A DNA stretch of 64,000 nt from Candidatus Latescibacterota bacterium (lineage in GTDB: Bacteria; Latescibacterota; UBA2968; UBA8231): positions 1,760,001 to 1,824,000 of the forward strand of contig CBDAOB010000005.1 of NCBI GenBank assembly GCA_965197905.1, given 5' to 3'. The position numbers and the translations under genes are program-made. The notes below the pieces were generated by a model. The model ran no database searches. It had not been told where the DNA came from and saw only the letters and a program-made list of their open reading frames with translations. How positions within the stretch are numbered: the first letter of the stretch is position 1; each line of letters begins with the position of its first letter. This document shows positions 20,923 through 29,548 of the stretch, one piece after another.

Positions 20923-21981
20923 ATGAGCACCGAACCCGTCCACGACGCCAGTGCCTGGACGCCCGATCTGCTCGAGCGAGACCGGTCCTGGGAATTTTTC
21001 CTCAACGACGAGCAGCAGTCGACGCTCGCGCGGGCACTGCAGCAGGTCGGAGGGATGCCCTTTGAGCAGATCACCGCACGGGACTTTCCTCTACCTGGAC
21101 TGACTGAGACCCTCGACGGCGTACTGCACCAACTCCGCAGCGGGCGCGGCTTCGCGCTTCTGCACGGCTTTCCGACCTCCGGTTTCGAGCTGCCTCAGCT
21201 GGAGCGACTCTACTGGGGCATGTTCACCCACTTGGGCCGGGGGGTTACGCAGAATAGCGATGCCGGTCTAATACACTATGTGACCGACGGCAAGTTGAAG
21301 CCCCACCAGGGTACCCGCCCCGTCGGTGATCCGGGACCTGTAGAGCTCCACATGGACCTGTCCGATACGGTAGCCCTCTACTGTGTGCAGCAGGCGCCCG
21401 ACGATCCGCCCAGCGTCGTGTGCAGCTCGATGACGGTCTACAACGAAATCGTTCGGCAACACCCGGAATGGCTGCCGTGTCTCGAACGGGGGTTCATATG
21501 GGATCGCGCCGGCGAGGAGGCAGCCGGGGAGTCAGAGGTTTCCGACTATCGGGTTCCGGCCTTCAGCGAGGCAGAGGGTGTCGTCAGCTGCCGCTTCCAC
21601 GCAGAGTGGATTCGCAAGGGCCTGGCGCGCATCGACGCCGCGCTCAGTGATGAGGAGGAGATGATCTTCGACTTCATTCGCGACGTCAGCAACGCCAACT
21701 CCTTTGCCTTTCCGCTGCACGAGGGCGATATCGCCATCTGCAACAACTACACGGTCTGCCATGGGCGCGCTTCGCACGAGCCGATCGCCGACGAAGAGTG
21801 CAAGCGCATCCTGATGCGGATCTGGCTGGAGATGGACGACCTGCGACCGTACGCCGACGAAGCTCGCGTGCGGTATGGCGTGATTAGCCACGGCAGGCTC
21901 GGTTGGACGGCGGCCGATCTGCTGACGGGCAACCACGACCGGCCGCGACAGCGTCGGCCCGACGGCGCACCGCTAATCTGA
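20923..21981 (+). CDS. TauD/TfdA family Fe(II)/2-oxoglutarate dioxygenase
   Basis: GRGFALL, HMD (HxD), GDIAICNNYTVCHGR, RILMRIW. Confidence 0.9.
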   Translation: MSTEPVHDASAWTPDLLERDRSWEFFLNDEQQSTLARALQQVGGMPFEQITARDFPLPGLTETLDGVLHQLRSGRGFALLHGFPTSGFELPQLERLYWGMFTHLGRGVTQNSDAGLIHYVTDGKLKPHQGTRPVGDPGPVELHMDLSDTVALYCVQQAPDDPPSVVCSSMTVYNEIVRQHPEWLPCLERGFIWDRAGEEAAGESEVSDYRVPAFSEAEGVVSCRFHAEWIRKGLARIDAALSDEEEMIFDFIRDVSNANSFAFPLHEGDIAICNNYTVCHGRASHEPIADEECKRILMRIWLEMDDLRPYADEARVRYGVISHGRLGWTAADLLTGNHDRPRQRRPDGAPLI

Positions 21982-22246
21982 AGAGCTGCAATGTCGAGCC
22001 GTCCGCTGGGAAGCCTGTTTTGCCGCTGCTTTGATAGCAGCATGTGCCTGCGGGACGGTGATCGGAGCGGAGGAGGCCACGGCCCCGACAAATCATACTA
22101 TTGAAGAATTAGGGACATGTCGCTCGTCGCCTAAATATGTAAACCACTTGGAACCGTGGCGTCGAGACCCCAGCTCGAAAGGCGGGCCATCGAGCCATGG
22201 GATATATGGTGAGTGAGCAACACCCTAGCCGACCGGGATATCGGCG

Positions 22247-23113
22247 GTGCAATACAAGGACGGGCGGTCAACACACACTATGCGAAAGATCGCCGCCGAA
22301 CTCTACGGCGGGTCCCAATATGATTGTATCTGGTACCTCACCAACTGCGGCTTCGCGCTACGCCTGCATGGCAAGGTGATCTTTATTGATCCCGTACTCG
22401 CCGTAAGCAACCCGCATTACGAAGAGAACCGGCGTCGATTTGCTGATGGCGGCGACCTGCCACCCGAGTTGCGGCCGTACGCCGGAGATGACGTCTACAC
22501 CCAAGAAAACGAGATCCCCTTGGCCGCCGGCGATGTGGAACGGGTGGACTTGGTGCTTCTCTCCCATGCCGACAGCGACCATCTCGACGCCGAAAGTTTG
22601 CGGACGTTGGCGCCGTTGAAGCCGACCGTGCTGGCACCTGGCTATTGCCACGATGCCCTGCAGCGGGCTGGACTTGCCATCGGGTCGATTCGCGACGCCA
22701 AGTTCGGTGCCGACTTTCACTTCGATCAGCTCGAAGTGAAGGTTACCTACGCCAAACACCACACCGAGGGCGATTGCGGTTATCTGCTCGAAACCGGCTT
22801 GGGCAACATCTATTACCCCGGTGACACCAAGTTCGACCACCCGCACAAAGAGGAAATGTGCGCCCTAGATGTGGACTATCTGCTGCTTCCCATCAATGAC
22901 ACAAATATGGGCGTCGGTTTTGCAGCGCAACTCACGCAGATTCTGCAACCTCGTGTGGTAATCCCCTGCCATTTTGGATTCTTCTGGCCACCGATTCGCT
23001 CCCAGGGAGGGCATCCTGCCGAGTTCTTGACTGCCATCGCAGCGCGGGGCTACCGCCTTCCCGATACCGACATTGCTGTACTGAGACCAGGCGGCAAGGT
23101 GGTGTTGTGCTGA
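22247..23113 (+). CDS. MBL-fold metallo-hydrolase (UlaG-like)
   Basis: IDP, SHADSDHLD, YYPGDT, LPIN, IPCHF. Confidence 0.85.
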   Translation: MQYKDGRSTHTMRKIAAELYGGSQYDCIWYLTNCGFALRLHGKVIFIDPVLAVSNPHYEENRRRFADGGDLPPELRPYAGDDVYTQENEIPLAAGDVERVDLVLLSHADSDHLDAESLRTLAPLKPTVLAPGYCHDALQRAGLAIGSIRDAKFGADFHFDQLEVKVTYAKHHTEGDCGYLLETGLGNIYYPGDTKFDHPHKEEMCALDVDYLLLPINDTNMGVGFAAQLTQILQPRVVIPCHFGFFWPPIRSQGGHPAEFLTAIAARGYRLPDTDIAVLRPGGKVVLC

Positions 23114-23470
23114 AAGAGGATGACAAATAGGCGATCTTTAGGATTTGAGCAATTGGAGCTACACGCCCCAGGTGCAGCTTGGTAGATCCCAGATCGTACT
23201 GGCAGCTATTCAGGACTTCTTGGATAGACCGGAGAAAGAGCAGCGGACAAACGGCTTTTCTGTGGGTAGCTCGGCCCATGGGCTTGATCATCGTCTTTTT
23301 TTGGCAATAATCGCCTTCGGATTTTCTACCGTTTCGGGCAGCCGATGGCTCCGGCAGAATGATGAACCTCGGCGTGCGGGTTAGACGGTCAAATACTTTG
23401 GTCAGGGCATCTGAGTTGGAAACCCGCAAGTTTTCGAGGATCCGACTAAGGCCCTCTAAGCCCGCAAGAT

Positions 23471-23498
23471 CAGGTTCGAGTCCTGCTCCACTCACCAC
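23471..23498 (+). repeat. attR-like copy of the tRNA-Tyr 3' end
   Basis: CAGGTTCGAGTCCTGCTCCACTCACCAC vs tRNA CAGGTTCGAGTCCTGCTCCCCCCACCAC (2 mismatches). Confidence 0.8.
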
Positions 23499-23501
23499 CA
23501 C

Positions 23502-23535
23502 AAAAAAGGGGCCGTTTCCGCAGAAACGGCCCCTT
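23502..23535 (-). terminator. Intrinsic terminator closing the long minus-strand gene run (possibly bidirectional)
   Basis: 13-bp perfect stem AAGGGGCCGTTTC/GAAACGGCCCCTT, 4-nt loop, A6 tract on the left (T tract on the minus strand). Confidence 0.85.
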
Positions 23536-23557
23536 CCGCTTTCATATTTCGGGTTGT

Positions 23558-23773
23558 CTATTCGTTGCCTGGGGGAAGCGCCTGCTCGCCAGCCCTTCGG
23601 TTGGTAGGAGGATCGAGAAACGCCTCCGCTACTGCCTCCAGAATATTGTTCTCGTCGTAGTACCCTTCCTGCACCTTGCGTTTGATCCACAGTAACCGTT
23701 CCGCACGATTGCGCGGTAATCCCTGAGGATCCTGCAGGTGCTCCGGCAGGGTCTTGCTATTTTTGAACTTCAT
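23558..23773 (-). CDS. Small protein resembling the C-terminal domain of the anti-sigma-28 factor FlgM
   Basis: RAERLLWIKRKVQEGYYD...EAVAEAFL matches the RxExVxxIKxxIxxGxY pattern. Confidence 0.5.
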   Translation of the reverse strand: MKFKNSKTLPEHLQDPQGLPRNRAERLLWIKRKVQEGYYDENNILEAVAEAFLDPPTNRRAGEQALPPGNE

Positions 23774-23916
23774 GAAAAACCAGCGCCAAGCCTTATGGTA
23801 CTCTCCTATGGATACCCGATTGCGTTCTCCCTGGTGCTTGTTATGGATATCGGCACGATATTCGCATGTGGCCACCCGAAACTGCCGCATGTTGCATAAT
23901 TCCACGACCGACCTCA

Positions 23917-25098
23917 TCACCGCCGCCAGGCCTGTTTGATGGACTCGATTTTTGCCCGTTGCTCTCCCTCCAACCGGGTGGACGCTTCGAGGGCGAACGC
24001 CAGAAGAACGCTTATCACCAGGCTGACTGCAGCGGCCACGACAACCATGACGGTACGCCTCGGTGCGCTCCTCATGGCCGGTGGCATCGCCCTGTCCAAC
24101 ACCTGAATCGTAGGGGTGTTGAGCGCCTCCCGGTACCTTGCCTCTTCGTACTTGGCGCCCAAAAACCCGATGATCTGCTCTTTCAGCGTCATATCCAGGC
24201 TAAGCTGCGCGAATTCGAAGCCCAATTGTGGCAGTGACTTTAATGGAGGCCCCAAGGTTTCAAACGCCGAGCTTAGCGCCCCATCCCGTTTCACTTGCAT
24301 GTCGCCCCGCATTTTCAGCAGCTGCTCGTGCAAGGCGCTTACCTCAAGCTCTTTTACCTGGCGTTCCTGGTGTTCGCTGTCCAGGCTTTTGCTGAGGACG
24401 CTCAGCTCGACCTCCAACAAAGCCAGTTCCTGGACGATGGTCCGCATTACGTCTACGGTGGCGTTCGTCTGCGCCTTTATATCCACCAACCCGTGCTTCT
24501 TCTGGAATCGCTGAAGCGACAAACCCGCATCTCGCAGCTCTTCTTCGGTGGCCGCCAGTCGTTTTGCGAGGAACTCCCGCAAAGCGCGCGCCTGGCCGCT
24601 CTTGCGATCGCGGTTGACCGCGTCTATCTGCGAGGCGATCTCATTCGCTATGTCGGCTGCCAATTGGGCGCTGGAAGCAGTCACGTCGATGATTAGCGTG
24701 CCGTCCGCGGCCAACTCCTCGTCGACGCGATCATCGAGCATTTCGATGGCCACGTCGCGGTTGGGAGCACCGTATCCCTCGATCAATCCGAAACGATCGA
24801 CGACCGCACCCAGGACTCGGTTGCTTCCGAGAATGGTAACCAAACGCTCAGATGGAGTGGCTCCCACCAAACCCGTCAGATTGCTGGACAGAGCAGGTCC
24901 CAAGAGCACGGAGAGTCCCAACTGTTCGCTCTCTTCCGCGGGAGGCAGTAGGGTGGTTCTCGTCGTCCATGACTTCGGCAAGACAAGACTGATCACGGCG
25001 GTTGCGGCGGCGACCACAAGCACCGGCACAATAATGAGTCGGCGCCACTTAACGAGGACGTAGATGTAGTCGAGGAGGTTCCGTTCTTCCTGCTTCAT
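23917..25098 (-). CDS. Wzz/GumC-like polysaccharide chain-length determinant (no kinase domain)
   Basis: N-terminal TM + LPKSWT..LLPP, periplasmic coiled coil, IQVLDRAMPP..RSAPRR + C-terminal TM. Confidence 0.9.
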   Translation of the reverse strand: MKQEERNLLDYIYVLVKWRRLIIVPVLVVAAATAVISLVLPKSWTTRTTLLPPAEESEQLGLSVLLGPALSSNLTGLVGATPSERLVTILGSNRVLGAVVDRFGLIEGYGAPNRDVAIEMLDDRVDEELAADGTLIIDVTASSAQLAADIANEIASQIDAVNRDRKSGQARALREFLAKRLAATEEELRDAGLSLQRFQKKHGLVDIKAQTNATVDVMRTIVQELALLEVELSVLSKSLDSEHQERQVKELEVSALHEQLLKMRGDMQVKRDGALSSAFETLGPPLKSLPQLGFEFAQLSLDMTLKEQIIGFLGAKYEEARYREALNTPTIQVLDRAMPPAMRSAPRRTVMVVVAAAVSLVISVLLAFALEASTRLEGEQRAKIESIKQAWRR

Positions 25099-25104
25099 GA
25101 TAGG

Positions 25105-26799
25105 TTATTTGGTGATGGTTCCGACGAGCAGAACGACCGTTGTAACCTGGCCGACGACCGCCATGGTTTGTGTAAATATGGTCCAGTAGTCCCGCACCGG
25201 TTTCTCCTTGATCCAGATTCGGTCGCCCGGCTCGATTGCTTCCACGTCGTCCGCCCGTTCGATCTCACCTGTGCGCGCCTTGATGACGCGGACTTCCTTG
25301 GAGGCCCGCCAACCAAACCCACCGGCGCGCTCGATGTAATCCCAGACGCTGTACTCCGGATTGTAGATTACGGCTCCGGGCGAGGATGCCTGCCCACTCA
25401 CCATCACCATCTGCTGCAGCGGGGGCACAACGACCACATCGCCCGGTCGCAGTCGTATGTTCTGAGATGAATCTCCCCTTTCGAATAGGGAGGCAAAGTC
25501 GACAATCAACTGGCCCGGTCTCTCGCGGCTCTTCATGATGAAATACTGGTTCTCATCCTCGGTGCGATCGGCTACCGGTATGGTCCGGATGCGCTCGGCT
25601 TCGGGGTCCTCCAGCTCTTCCTCCCGCCCCAACGGTGTTCGAACCACCCTCGTTTCTGTGAGAGAGGCCTTGTCCGTAAAACCGCCTGCTCGCCCGATCA
25701 ATTCCGTCAGACTCAAGCCCTCTTCCCCAACGACGTAGTATCCTGGGTACACCACCTCACCGACAATTGTCACCACACTCGTGCGGTGATACTCCGGCAA
25801 TGGCCGGACGACGAGCCAGTCGTCCGGTTGCAGGGCAAGGTCGGCGTCCGGATCCCCGCTCAGGATGGCCTCCAGATCGATGGGGATCGCCTCCCGCATC
25901 ACCGTACTTGTGTACCTGAACAAGAAGGCATTCTTGCTGTCGTGATTTAGGGACGGTCCCATGGCCAGTTTGAGGAGATGAGAGATGCGGTCGCCGGCGA
26001 CGTATTCGTACACGTTGGGCCGCATTACCGCTTCGAATGCGGCCACCTGGCCCTGCCTGGGTGGCACGAGGATGATATCGCCGTCCTCGACGAACGGATC
26101 GAATCGGGATTCCCCGGTGGTTTGGAAAAGGACCAGATCCACGCGGTGCGACTCGACGTTATTCAGGCCTCCAAGATCGCCGGATATGGCCGCCTGCCGG
26201 ATCGACTCGACGTCGGCGATTTCAACAGTCCCGGTTTTCAGCAAGCGGATGTCGCGACGAGATCCTGTAGGTCGCAGCCCTCCCACCTTGCGGATCACGG
26301 CGCCGACCCGTTCGACCCCGGTGGCCAGGGCGATCCCCGGTTCCCCCACGAGCCCAACCACCGAAACTGGAAACTGCCTCGGTTTGCGCAGTTGTACGAC
26401 GATCTCTCCTACCTTGACCGTGCTTCTGAAAATGCGGTCGATCGCCTGGTGCGCTTGGCCTAGGCGCAGTCCTCCCACTTGGACCAGGCCAATCTTGGGA
26501 ATGAATAAACCGCCCTCTGCCAGAACTTCGCTGAACACGGGCTCTTCGGCACCCGGTACATAGACTAGAAACTCGTCGCCGGGACCCACGATGTAACGCC
26601 CGCTGGCCATTACCTGGCGGTAGGCCTCCATGCCGATATGTTCAGCGGGCAGGGCCGGCGGTTCAAGCGTTGTGATTTCAATCGCGTCTTTCTCGTCGCC
26701 CTCCTGTGCGTGCCCTGCGAGGCACGACCAACATACGAGCAGTGCGACGCCTACGATCGCAAGATGTGGAGCCACTACTCTACTCATCAACCAATTCAT
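25105..26799 (-). CDS. Polysaccharide export protein, Wza/KpsD-like with multiple SLBB domains
   Basis: YIVGPGD, repeated V.GEV..PG and LI.RAGG SLBB motifs, LRPGDVVVVP; start may be 26787. Confidence 0.9.
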   Translation of the reverse strand: MNWLMSRVVAPHLAIVGVALLVCWSCLAGHAQEGDEKDAIEITTLEPPALPAEHIGMEAYRQVMASGRYIVGPGDEFLVYVPGAEEPVFSEVLAEGGLFIPKIGLVQVGGLRLGQAHQAIDRIFRSTVKVGEIVVQLRKPRQFPVSVVGLVGEPGIALATGVERVGAVIRKVGGLRPTGSRRDIRLLKTGTVEIADVESIRQAAISGDLGGLNNVESHRVDLVLFQTTGESRFDPFVEDGDIILVPPRQGQVAAFEAVMRPNVYEYVAGDRISHLLKLAMGPSLNHDSKNAFLFRYTSTVMREAIPIDLEAILSGDPDADLALQPDDWLVVRPLPEYHRTSVVTIVGEVVYPGYYVVGEEGLSLTELIGRAGGFTDKASLTETRVVRTPLGREEELEDPEAERIRTIPVADRTEDENQYFIMKSRERPGQLIVDFASLFERGDSSQNIRLRPGDVVVVPPLQQMVMVSGQASSPGAVIYNPEYSVWDYIERAGGFGWRASKEVRVIKARTGEIERADDVEAIEPGDRIWIKEKPVRDYWTIFTQTMAVVGQVTTVVLLVGTITK

Positions 26800-27694
26800 A
26801 GCTGAGGCCCGTTCGGTCTATAGGTAGTATCAGGGTGCGCGCGGTGATGCCCCAGTCGGCCCAAGCTTCAACCATCGCTGTCGCCACGGCATCGTCATTG
26901 GAAAGCACCAGACTGAGAATCGCCGGACCGGCTCCGCTGAGAACGGCCCCCAGCGCGCCCGCCGCAACGGCGGCCTCCATCACCTGCACCATCCCGGGCA
27001 CCAGCTCGGCACGGTACGGCTGGTGAAGACAATCTACCATGGCGCGTTGCAATAGCTCGACCCTACCGCTGGCGAGCGCCGCGGTCAACAGCCCGACGCG
27101 ACCCTGGTTCGCCACCGCGTCCTTGAAAGGCACCTGCTCGGGAAGCACCATCCGGGACTCTTCCGTCGGTAGGGTGAAGTTGGGGATCGCCACCACAGCG
27201 CGTAAATCATCCGGCGGTTCGAGACGCACGTGATCGATATGCTCGATGCCGGCGTTGATCACCGTAAATCCGCCATAGAGGGAAGGTACTATATTGTCAG
27301 CGTGTCCCTCCTCGACCGTTCCGAATCGAACGATCCGCTCGAGGTCCACCTCTTGTCCGCTAAGCAGCATGCCTGTGACCAAACCGACGAGACAGGCCGC
27401 TGCGCTGCTGCCGAGGCCAGCGGAAATCGGGATCTCGTTGTGAGATTCGATGAGCAAGCCCGCAGGTTCGTAGCCGACCACGTCGAACGACCGGCACATG
27501 GCGTGATAGACGTGGTTGCTGTCGTCAAGAGGTACTTCCGCCGCTCCTTCGCCGGTGGCGCGAATCTCAAGCGTATCGCCATCGTTCGTGCTGACTTTCA
27601 ACCGGTGATAGAGCTGCAGACCCAATCCGAGACAGTCGAATCCGGGCCCCAGGTTGGCCGAGGAAGCGGGTGCCGTTACGGTTGCGGCGGTCAT
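26780..27694 (-). CDS. thrB: Homoserine kinase
   Basis: PASSANLGPGFD, GLGSSAA, EGHADN, LHQPYR, LSGAGP. Confidence 0.97.
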   Translation of the reverse strand: MTAATVTAPASSANLGPGFDCLGLGLQLYHRLKVSTNDGDTLEIRATGEGAAEVPLDDSNHVYHAMCRSFDVVGYEPAGLLIESHNEIPISAGLGSSAAACLVGLVTGMLLSGQEVDLERIVRFGTVEEGHADNIVPSLYGGFTVINAGIEHIDHVRLEPPDDLRAVVAIPNFTLPTEESRMVLPEQVPFKDAVANQGRVGLLTAALASGRVELLQRAMVDCLHQPYRAELVPGMVQVMEAAVAAGALGAVLSGAGPAILSLVLSNDDAVATAMVEAWADWGITARTLILPIDRTGLSYELVDE

Positions 27695-28827
27695 GGGTTA
27701 TCGGCCTCCAGCATCTCGCTCACCTCGATCCCCATCGAATCAGCCAGAAGAAACCCGCGTCGCGTCAACCTCAGGCGCCGGTCTTGCAGCTCCAATAAAC
27801 CAGCATCGCGCATGTGACGGAACCGCCCGGCACTGTTCAGCCGTTCCGTCTGATCCGCCGTGAGGCTCACACCCTGGGTGGTCCGCAATCCCAACCACAG
27901 GAACTCCTGCTGAGAAGTCGTTGAATCTATGCACTCCTCACCTTCCCTTGCGGTCTGCCCCGCCTCGATCATCCCCACATACTCACGCAGCTCGCGAACA
28001 TTCCAATACCGCTGTCGACCATCAAAACTGTGCGACGAAACCCCCACACCCAGATATTGGCCGCCGGTCCAGTATCCCCAATTGTGTCGGGACCGATAGC
28101 CGGGCTTGGCGAAATTCGAAACCTCGTAGCGGCTGTAACCCGCCTTTTCAAGGTTGTCGACGCCATACTCCGTCGCCCAACAAGCCGCATCCTCGCCTGC
28201 TGGTTGCCAGCGCCCCTGTCGTTGCCGGCTGTGAAGCACCGTCCCCTCTTCCACCGTGAGACCGTAGACCGAGATATGCTCCGGAGCCAACTCGATAGCT
28301 ACCTCGATGCTTTGTTTCCAGTCATCTGGTGGCACGCTCGGCGCGCCGGAGATCAGGTCGATACTGACGTTTCCGAATCCTGCCCTACGGGCCTGCTCGA
28401 AGGCCGATACCGCGTCATCGCCGCTGTGGATTCGTCCCAGAATCTTCAGACTTCGGTCTGCGAAGGATTGCGCTCCGATGCTGAGTCGGTTGAAACCGAG
28501 TGATCGGATATCCTCGAAGCGGCTTGCGTCTCCTACACCCGGATTTGCTTCGAGACTGATCTCGGCGTGTTGACGGATGCCGAATCGTGTGTGCGCCACA
28601 TCTAGAATCGCTTCCAGATTCCGGGGTTCGACATGGCTGGGAGTGCCTCCGCCGAAGAATACCGTATCGAGCGAATTGTCTTCCCCCTTGAAGGGGACAC
28701 TCTCGAGCTCGCGCGAAACAGCCCGGCAGTAGCGCTCGTGCCATTGGTCATGTCCCACTACTGTGGCGAAGGCGCAATAGGGACACTGCTGCGGGCAAAA
28801 GGGAATATGAACGTAGAGGCCGAACAT
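27691..28827 (-). CDS. hemW: Radical SAM heme chaperone HemW
   Basis: LYVHIPFC...CPYC, FFGGGTPS, YEVSNFA. Confidence 0.93.
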   Translation of the reverse strand: MFGLYVHIPFCPQQCPYCAFATVVGHDQWHERYCRAVSRELESVPFKGEDNSLDTVFFGGGTPSHVEPRNLEAILDVAHTRFGIRQHAEISLEANPGVGDASRFEDIRSLGFNRLSIGAQSFADRSLKILGRIHSGDDAVSAFEQARRAGFGNVSIDLISGAPSVPPDDWKQSIEVAIELAPEHISVYGLTVEEGTVLHSRQRQGRWQPAGEDAACWATEYGVDNLEKAGYSRYEVSNFAKPGYRSRHNWGYWTGGQYLGVGVSSHSFDGRQRYWNVRELREYVGMIEAGQTAREGEECIDSTTSQQEFLWLGLRTTQGVSLTADQTERLNSAGRFRHMRDAGLLELQDRRLRLTRRGFLLADSMGIEVSEMLEADNP

Positions 28828-29546
28828 CAGTTGACCCACTTCCCCACGCGTTCCCAGCGGATCCGATCAATGATGGAAGCGATGGCACCGAATCCTGAAT
28901 CGCTCCGTGCTCCGGCGACCTCGGGCGGCGGCTGGCAAGACCAGTAAATACACAAGGGTCGACCGAGAACCAGCTCCAAAGGCAACATCCCCCAATGCCG
29001 GCTGTCGCGACTGTTGTCGCGGTTGTCACCCATCACGAAAACGTACCCTTCCGGCACCGTGAGGGGACCGTTATTGTCCCGAGGATTCTCGAACCCACGA
29101 TAGACTCGGGCGTCCAGAAACTTCGAATAAGGCGGATCGGGCGCCCGTTGCCCATCGACCCACAGCGCCTTGTCGCGAATCTCAACGACCTGTCCGGCCA
29201 CCGCTACGCATCGCTTCACGTACCCCTTTCCGGGATCCAATGGGTAGCTGAAAAGCACAACATCACCTGCCGCCGGCGATGCCAGAGCGGGCAAGCGAAG
29301 ATCCACAAACGGCAGGGGAACGCCGAAGCTGATCTTGTCCACCAGCAAACAGTCCCCTGCGAGCAAGGTGTCCTCCATGGAGCGAGATGGGAGCCGATAC
29401 GCATGCAGCAGAAACGTTTTGACGAGAACCGCTACCGCGACTCCAACAAACAACAGTTTTAGGTACTCCCGCCAACAGCTCCCACCTGTCTTTTTTCGTT
29501 TGGATTTCGGGCTGCTCTTCGGATTTATGAACAGCGTCTTGCCCAC
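28827..29546 (-). CDS. lepB: Signal peptidase I
   Basis: PSRSMEDTL (Ser), YVKRC (Lys), MGDNRDNSRDSR. Confidence 0.95.
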   Translation of the reverse strand: MGKTLFINPKSSPKSKRKKTGGSCWREYLKLLFVGVAVAVLVKTFLLHAYRLPSRSMEDTLLAGDCLLVDKISFGVPLPFVDLRLPALASPAAGDVVLFSYPLDPGKGYVKRCVAVAGQVVEIRDKALWVDGQRAPDPPYSKFLDARVYRGFENPRDNNGPLTVPEGYVFVMGDNRDNSRDSRHWGMLPLELVLGRPLCIYWSCQPPPEVAGARSDSGFGAIASIIDRIRWERVGKWVN

Positions 29547-29548
29547 GT

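Larger units (their letters stand above)
16483..23498. mobile_element. Degenerate genomic island integrated at the tRNA-Tyr 3' end (no intact integrase seen)
   Basis: Direct repeat CAGGTTCGAGTCCTGCTCC at 16483 and 23471 (19 bp exact, 26/28 through CCAC); TGACC-type short repeats inside both ends; cargo all on + strand with gene fragments. Confidence 0.75.

Noticed and set aside
23130..23400. Possible gene remnant at the island's right end: minus-strand LRSIQEVL...LGSTKLH (tyrosine-recombinase box II-like) or plus-strand LGRSQIVLAAIQDFLDR (ribbon-helix-helix-like)
   Set aside because: The two readings overlap on opposite strands, catalytic residues are absent and the similarity is too short to call either
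23440..23470. Functional amber-suppressor or pyrrolysine tRNA (CTCTAA present)
   Set aside because: No proper 5-bp anticodon stem around a CT-CTA-A loop, poor D arm, no pyl genes, and TAG is used as a normal stop
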